From: Neoechinorhynchus agilis
Lineage: Eukaryota; Animalia; Acanthocephala
Assembly: GCA_051530055.1 (NCBI GenBank)
Contig: CM121341.1
Coordinates: 8,100,784 to 8,164,783 of the forward strand
Length of the DNA stretch: 64,000 nt
Direction of reading: 5' to 3'
The translations under genes were made by a program, and so were the position numbers. Shown here piece by piece: positions 58,213-64,000 of this stretch. Every line of letters starts with the position of its first letter. Position 1 is the first letter of the stretch. The notes beneath the pieces are model-generated. The model saw only the letters and a list, made by a program, of their open reading frames with translations. It did no database searches and was not told where the DNA came from.

Positions 58213-61200
58213 TCACTGCCATTTTAAGGCGGCATTGGGCCCATCTCCGCCGGAAACAGGCGAGGAAGATTTTTCCCTTACCGAAGGTCTCACAGGATCG
58301 AAATAGGGATGTGCCATTGCTTCTCGAGCAGTTAATCTGTCCATATGATCGTACCTAAGAAGGTGATCAATAAAATCAATAGTTTCAGGTGATACGAGAT
58401 GCTGATTCTCTTTGGTGGTGAATCGCTCCCATCGTCTTCTTGGATGACTACCAATCATTCCACTAAATCTTGTGTCAAGATCGATCCCGTATTTATCGAG
58501 ATAAGCGAAGAAGTCAGCGGTTCCAAGAACTTTTACTATCCTTACCAGTTGATCGTAATTGTCATGACCGTGGAAAAACGGTTCTCTTCTAAAGACCATT
58601 GAAGCAACCATACAACCGAGGCTCCATAGATCCAGGGAATAGTCATAGTATTGATAGTCAACTAAAAGTTCTGGACCTTTGAAGTATCGAGAAGCCACTC
58701 GGACATTGTAGGCTGATCCTGGATGATAAAACTCGGCTAATCCCCAATCTATCAGACGAAGTTGACGATGGTCGTGATCGATCACTACGTTATGTGGTTT
58801 GACGTCTCTATGCATTATGCCTTGCTGATGACAGAAATCTAGAGCCTTTTAGAAACTAAACTTTTAAGTAGCATTCAAATTTTTACTAACCTTTAAAATC
58901 TCAAATGTATAATAACGAATGTCGAAATCTGACATTTGTTGAAAGAGTTTGAAATCAACATTGTTGACGTACTCGGTTATAAGCGCCGGTGATCGACCCT
59001 GAAAATATCGATTTTGGTTCTCGTCGCTGTCGGGCAAAGTTTTCAAGAAATATTGGAGTATAACAAAAAAGGGTAAAATCCGATTTACCATCATTTTTAA
59101 GCGAGAGAAAATGTTTAAACGAGTTAAACGAAATGCATTTAACTTTCAAGTATCCGCAACGTCTTTTCCCTCTAATCTTTTTTTCTATAATTTTGAACAT
59201 TCGCGAAGTTTAAGTTTGAAAAGAAATTAGATTTCGTTCCTTGTTTTTGCTGGAAAGAAAATTTAATAAACTCATTAAATCATTGAAGTCAAATGATCGG
59301 AGAGATGAGCAAATATTTTGAAAAAAAACTAAGAGAAATAAAGGGTAAAATCCGATTTACCATCATTTTTAAGAGAGAAAAAATGTTTAAACGAGTTAAA
59401 CGAAATGCATTTAACTTTCAAGTATCCGCAACGTCTTTTCCCTTTAATCTTTTTTTCTATGATTTTGAACATTCGCGAACTTTGAGTTTGAAAAGAAATT
59501 AGATTTCGTTCCTTGTTTTTGCTGGAAAGAAAATTTAATAAACTCATTAAATCATTGAAGTCAAATGATCGGAGAGATGACCAAATATTTTGAAAAAAAC
59601 TAAGAGAAATAAAGGGTAAAATCCGATTTACCATCATTTTTAAGCGAGAAAAAATGTTTAAACGAGTTAAACGAAATGCATTTAACTTTCAAGTATCCGC
59701 AACGTCTTTTCCCTTTAATCTTTTTTTCTATAATTTTGAACATTCGCGAAGTTTAGTTTGAAAAGAAATTAGATTTCGTTCCTTGTTTTTGCTGGAAAGA
59801 AAATTTAATAAACTCATTAAATCGTTGAAGTCAAATGATCGGAGAGATGACCAAATATTTTGAAAAAAACTAAGAGAAATAAAGGGTAAAATCCGATTTA
59901 CCATCATTTTTAAGCGAGAAAAAATGTTTAAACGAGTTAAACGAAATGCATTTAACTTTAAAGTATCCGCAACGTCTTTTCCCTTTAATATTTTTTTCTA
60001 TAATTTTGAACATTCGCGAACTTTGAGTTTGAAAAGAAATTAGATTTCGTTCCTTGTTTTTGCTGGAAAGAAAATTTAATAAACTCATTAAATCGTTGAA
60101 GTCAAATGATCGGAGAGATGACCAAATATTTTGAAAAAAACTAAGAGAAATAAAGGGTAAAATCCGATTTACCATCATTTTTAAGCGAGAAAAATGTTTA
60201 AACGAGTTAAACGAAATGCATTTAACTTTAAAGTATCCGCAACGTCTTTTCCCTTTAATATTTTTTTCTATAATTTTGAACATTCGCGAAGTTTAAGTTT
60301 GAAAAGAAATTAGATTTCGTTCCTTGTTTTTGCTGGAAAGAAAATTTAATAAACTCATTAAATCATTGAAGTCAAATGATCGGAGAGATGAGCAAATATT
60401 TTGAAAAAAAACTAAGAGAAATAAAGGGTAAAATCCGATTTACCATCATTTTTAAGCGAGAAAAATGTTTAAACGAGTTAAACGAAATGCATTTAACTTT
60501 CAAGTATCCGCAACGTCTTTTCCCTCTAATCTTTTTTTCTATAATTTTGAACATTCGCGAACTTTGAGTTTGAAAAGAAATTAGATTTCGTTCCTTGTTT
60601 TTGCTGGAAAGAAAATTTAATAAACTCATTAAATCATTGAAGTCAAATGATCGGAGAGATGAGCAAATATTTTGAAAAAAAACTAAGAGAAATAAAGGGT
60701 AAAATCCGATTTACCATCATTTTTAAGCGAGAAAAATGTTTAAACGAGTTAAACGAAATGCATTTAACTTTCAAGTATCCGCAACGTCTTTTCCCTTGAA
60801 TCTTTTTTTCTATAATTTTGAACATTCGCGAACTTTGAGTTTGAAAAGAAATTAGATTTCGTTCCTTGTTTTTGCTGGAAGAAAATTTAATAAACTCATT
60901 AAATCATTGAAGTCAAATGATCGGAGAGATGAGCAAATATTTTGAAAAAAAACTAAGAGAAATAAAGGGTAAAATCCGATTTACCATCATTTTTAAGCGA
61001 GAAAAATGTTTAAACGAGTTAAACGAAATGCATTTAACTTTAAAGTATCCGCAACGTCTTTTCCCTTTAATCTTTTTTTTTCTATGATTTTGAACATTCG
61101 CGAAGTTTAAGTTTGAATTTAGAAGAAAAGTCGACTTTTCCTGAGCAAAATTTCAAAAGACTTACACAAGGATCTTTGACCACATCAAGAAGCTTTATAA

Positions 61201-61524
61201 CATTCGGCCCTCCTCGTAAATTCAGCAAAATCTTGATTTCCCTTTTAATTTTCTTCTTTTTAACCGGCTAAAAACAACGATTTTCGGTTTTGAACACAGC
61301 AAATAAAGACGAAGAACCTTCAGAACCTTGACGATGACTTTCTCCTCGGTGTTCATATTGATTCCTTCGAATACTTCGCTGTACTTCCCACGGCCAAGTT
61401 TTCTTACAAGTTGATAATCATCATGGCAGCCCCATTCAATAACGTGCGATTCATAGTCCCAATACTCACGGGGCTTTTTGCCAATTGCGTCCTTGTAAAC
61501 TCTGCTGTTCGTCGCAATCGGCAT
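58213..61524 (-). CDS. CSNK2A: Casein kinase II alpha subunit; exons 61524-61318, 61267-61166, 58998-58891, 58845-58213; 349 aa
   Basis: [62 protein letters not shown]; GT-AG introns of 50, 2167 and 45 nt restore one frame. Confidence 0.95.
59066..61117. repeat. About 271-bp tandem array (about 7.6 copies) filling CK2 intron 2
   Basis: gggtaaaatccg at 59071, 59343, 59614, 59884, 60155, 60426, 60697 and 60967. Confidence 0.95.
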
Positions 61525-61710
61525 TGAAACGGCGATCCGGTCTTCTAATGAGAAAAGACGCTTCGGTGGCGAGGAAGAGGTTTTAGGCACACGCCGGCGA
61601 TGTTGATTCTTCCATCATTCGCGACAATGAAAGGCCATTTTCGATTCAACCAATCAGGATTTTAGGAGGCGATGCGCCGGGAAAAAGTTCAAAAAGGTTC
61701 AACCGCTGAT

Positions 61711-64000
61711 CGACCAATTAAGTTTTAATTAGAAAGTAGAATTTAAATTCGTTAAGAAAAATAGCCTTTGATCGCTTATAATTCTAAAATTGAACGAATT
61801 GAACAAAGCTTTTTCGACCAATCTAATTATAAATTAGAAAGTAGAATTTAAATTCGTTAACAAAAATACACTTTGATCGCTTATAATTCTAAAATTAAAC
61901 GAATTGAACAAAGCTTTTTTTAGACCAATTAAATTTTAATTAGAAAGTAGAATTTAAATTCGTTAAGAATTATACTTTTGATCGCTTATAATTCTAAAAT
62001 TGAACGAATTGAACAAAGCTTTTTTTCGATTAATGTAATTATAAATTAGAAAGTAGAATTTACATTCGTTAAGAAAAATAGCCTTTGATCGCTTATAATT
62101 CTAAAATTGAACGAATTGAACAAAGCTTTTTTTCGACCAATCTAATTAATAATTGGAAAGTAGAATTTAAATTTGTTAAGAAAAATACTCTTTGATCGCT
62201 TATAATTCTAAAATTGAACGAATTGAACAAATCTTTTTATCGACCAATTAAATTAATAATTAGAAAGTAGAATTTTAATTCATTTAGAAAAATAATCTTT
62301 GATCGCTTATAATTCTAAAATTAAACGAATTGAACAAAGCTTTTTTCGACGAATGTAATTATAAATTAGAAAGTAGAATTTAAATTCGTTAAGAAAAATA
62401 TCCTTTGATCGCTTATAATTCTAAAATTAAACGAATTGAACAAAGCTATTTTTCGACCAATTAAATTTTAATTAGAAAGTAGAATTTAAATTCGTTAAGA
62501 AAAATACACTTTGATCGCTTATAATTCTAAAATTAAACGAATTGAACAAAGCTTTTTTAGACCAATTAAATTTTAATTAGAAAGTAGAATTTAAATTCGT
62601 TAAGAAAAATACTCTTTGATCGCTTATAATTCTAAAATCGTCGAATTGAACAAACCTTTTTTTCGACCAATGTAATTATTAATTAGAAAGTAGAATTTAA
62701 ATTCGTTAAGAAAAATACTCTTTGATCGCTTATAATTCTAAAATTGAACGAATTGAACAAAGCTTTTTTCGACAAATGTAATTATAAATTAGAAAGTAGA
62801 ATTTAAATTCGTTAAGAAAAATACTCTTTGATCGCTTATAATTCTAAAATGTCGAATTGAACAAACCTTTTTTTCGACCAATGTAATTATAAATTAGAAA
62901 GTAGAATTTACATTCGTTAAGAAAAATACCCTTTGATCGCTTATAATTCTAAAATTGAACGAATTGAACAAAGCTTTTTTTCGACCAATCTAATTAATAA
63001 TTGGAAAGTAGAATTTAAATTTGTTAAGAAAAATACTCTTTGATCGCTTATAATTCTAAAATTGAACGAATTGAACAAAGCTTTTTATCGACCAATTAAA
63101 TTAATAATTAGAAAGTAGAATTTTAATTCGTTAAGAAAAATACCCTTTGATCGCTTTTAATTCTAAAATTAAACGAATTGAACAAAGCTTTTTTTCGACC
63201 AATTAAATTTTAATAAGAAAGTAGAATTTAAATTCGTTAAGAAAAATATCCTTTGATCGCTTATAATTCTAAAATTGAACGAATTGAACAAAGCTTTTTC
63301 GACCAATGTAATTATAAATTAGAAAGTAGAATTTAAATTCGTTAACAAAAATACACTTTGATCGCTTATAATTCTAAAATTAAACGAATTGAACAAAGCT
63401 TTTTTAGACCAATTAAATTTTAATTAGAAAGTAGAATTTAAATTCGTTAAGAAAAATACTCTTTGATCGCTTATAATTCTAAAATCGTCGAATTGAACAA
63501 ACCTTTTTTTCGACCAATGTAATTATAAATTAGAAAGTAGAATTTAAATTCGTTAAGAAAAATACTCTTTGATCGCTTATAATTCTAAAATTGAACGAAT
63601 TGAACAAAGCTTTTTTCGACCAATGTAATTATAAATTAGAAAGTAGAATTTAAATTCGTTAAGAAAAATATCCTTTGATCGCTTATAATTCTAAAATTGA
63701 ACGAATTGAACAAAGCTTTTTCGACCAATGCAATTATAAATTAGAAAGTAGAATTTAAATTCGTTAAGAAAAATACCCTTTGATCGCTTATAATTCTAAA
63801 ATTGAACGAATTGAACAAAGCTTTTTTTCGACCAATGTAATTATAAATTAGAAAGTAGAATTTAAATTCGTTAAGAAAAATATCCTTTGATCGCTTATAA
63901 TTCTAAAATTGAACGAATTGAACAAAGCTTTTTCGACCAATGCAATTATAAATTAGAAAGTAGAATTTAAATTCGTTAAGAAAAATACCCTTTGATCGCT
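61711..64000. repeat. About 106-bp AT-rich satellite (at least 21 copies, runs off the window) with an 8-mer higher-order repeat
   Basis: tagaaagtagaatttaaattcg recurs every 105-107 bp; diagnostic variants recur at 847-848 bp. Confidence 0.95.

Noticed and set aside
59293-60825. ORFs inside the 271-bp array and the 186-bp array (33951-34883)
   Set aside because: Units are not multiples of three, stops are frequent, and there is no domain similarity
61525-61620. N-terminal extension of CK2 (GTG start at 61590), 11-codon uORF and an acceptor-like ttttctcattag
   Set aside because: In-frame stop upstream; the candidate splices give a stop or the wrong frame; ATG 61524 aligns with known CK2 starts

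Overview
AT-rich metazoan (invertebrate-type) genomic DNA with very short introns (45-50 nt wherever they could be resolved); no prokaryotic features. The window is an ampliconic mosaic of recent direct and inverted segmental duplications. The main system is a four-copy family of divergent FoxO-type forkhead genes (F1 6732-8527 -, F2 29993-31542 -, F3 40153-41856 +, F4 51733-~56720 +). The ORF track splits these genes because a 50-nt intron interrupts the forkhead domain at WK|NAIRH. Each gene fuses the forkhead domain to a variable number (about 5.6, 4, 5 and 30) of 50-aa Asn-rich (~28% N) repeats. They lie in a cassette with a Q/N-rich orphan gene and a tRNA-Gly-derived element, and two copies form a ~13-kb palindrome around an intronless DnaJ gene. 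Other content: a protein family with five TFIIS-N-like helical modules (one full, one truncated, two decayed copies); a CK2-alpha gene with unusual ATP-pocket residues and a satellite-filled intron; PCH2/TRIP13, SLC22 and LRR pseudogenes; decayed non-LTR retrotransposons (CRE-like RLE, APE-RT, and an RT with CCCH-like fingers); Penelope-type GIY-YIG and hammerhead-ribozyme remnants; and 106-, 170-, 186- and 271-bp tandem arrays, two with higher-order structure. All family assignments are by motif recognition only. Some frameshifts may be long-read errors.
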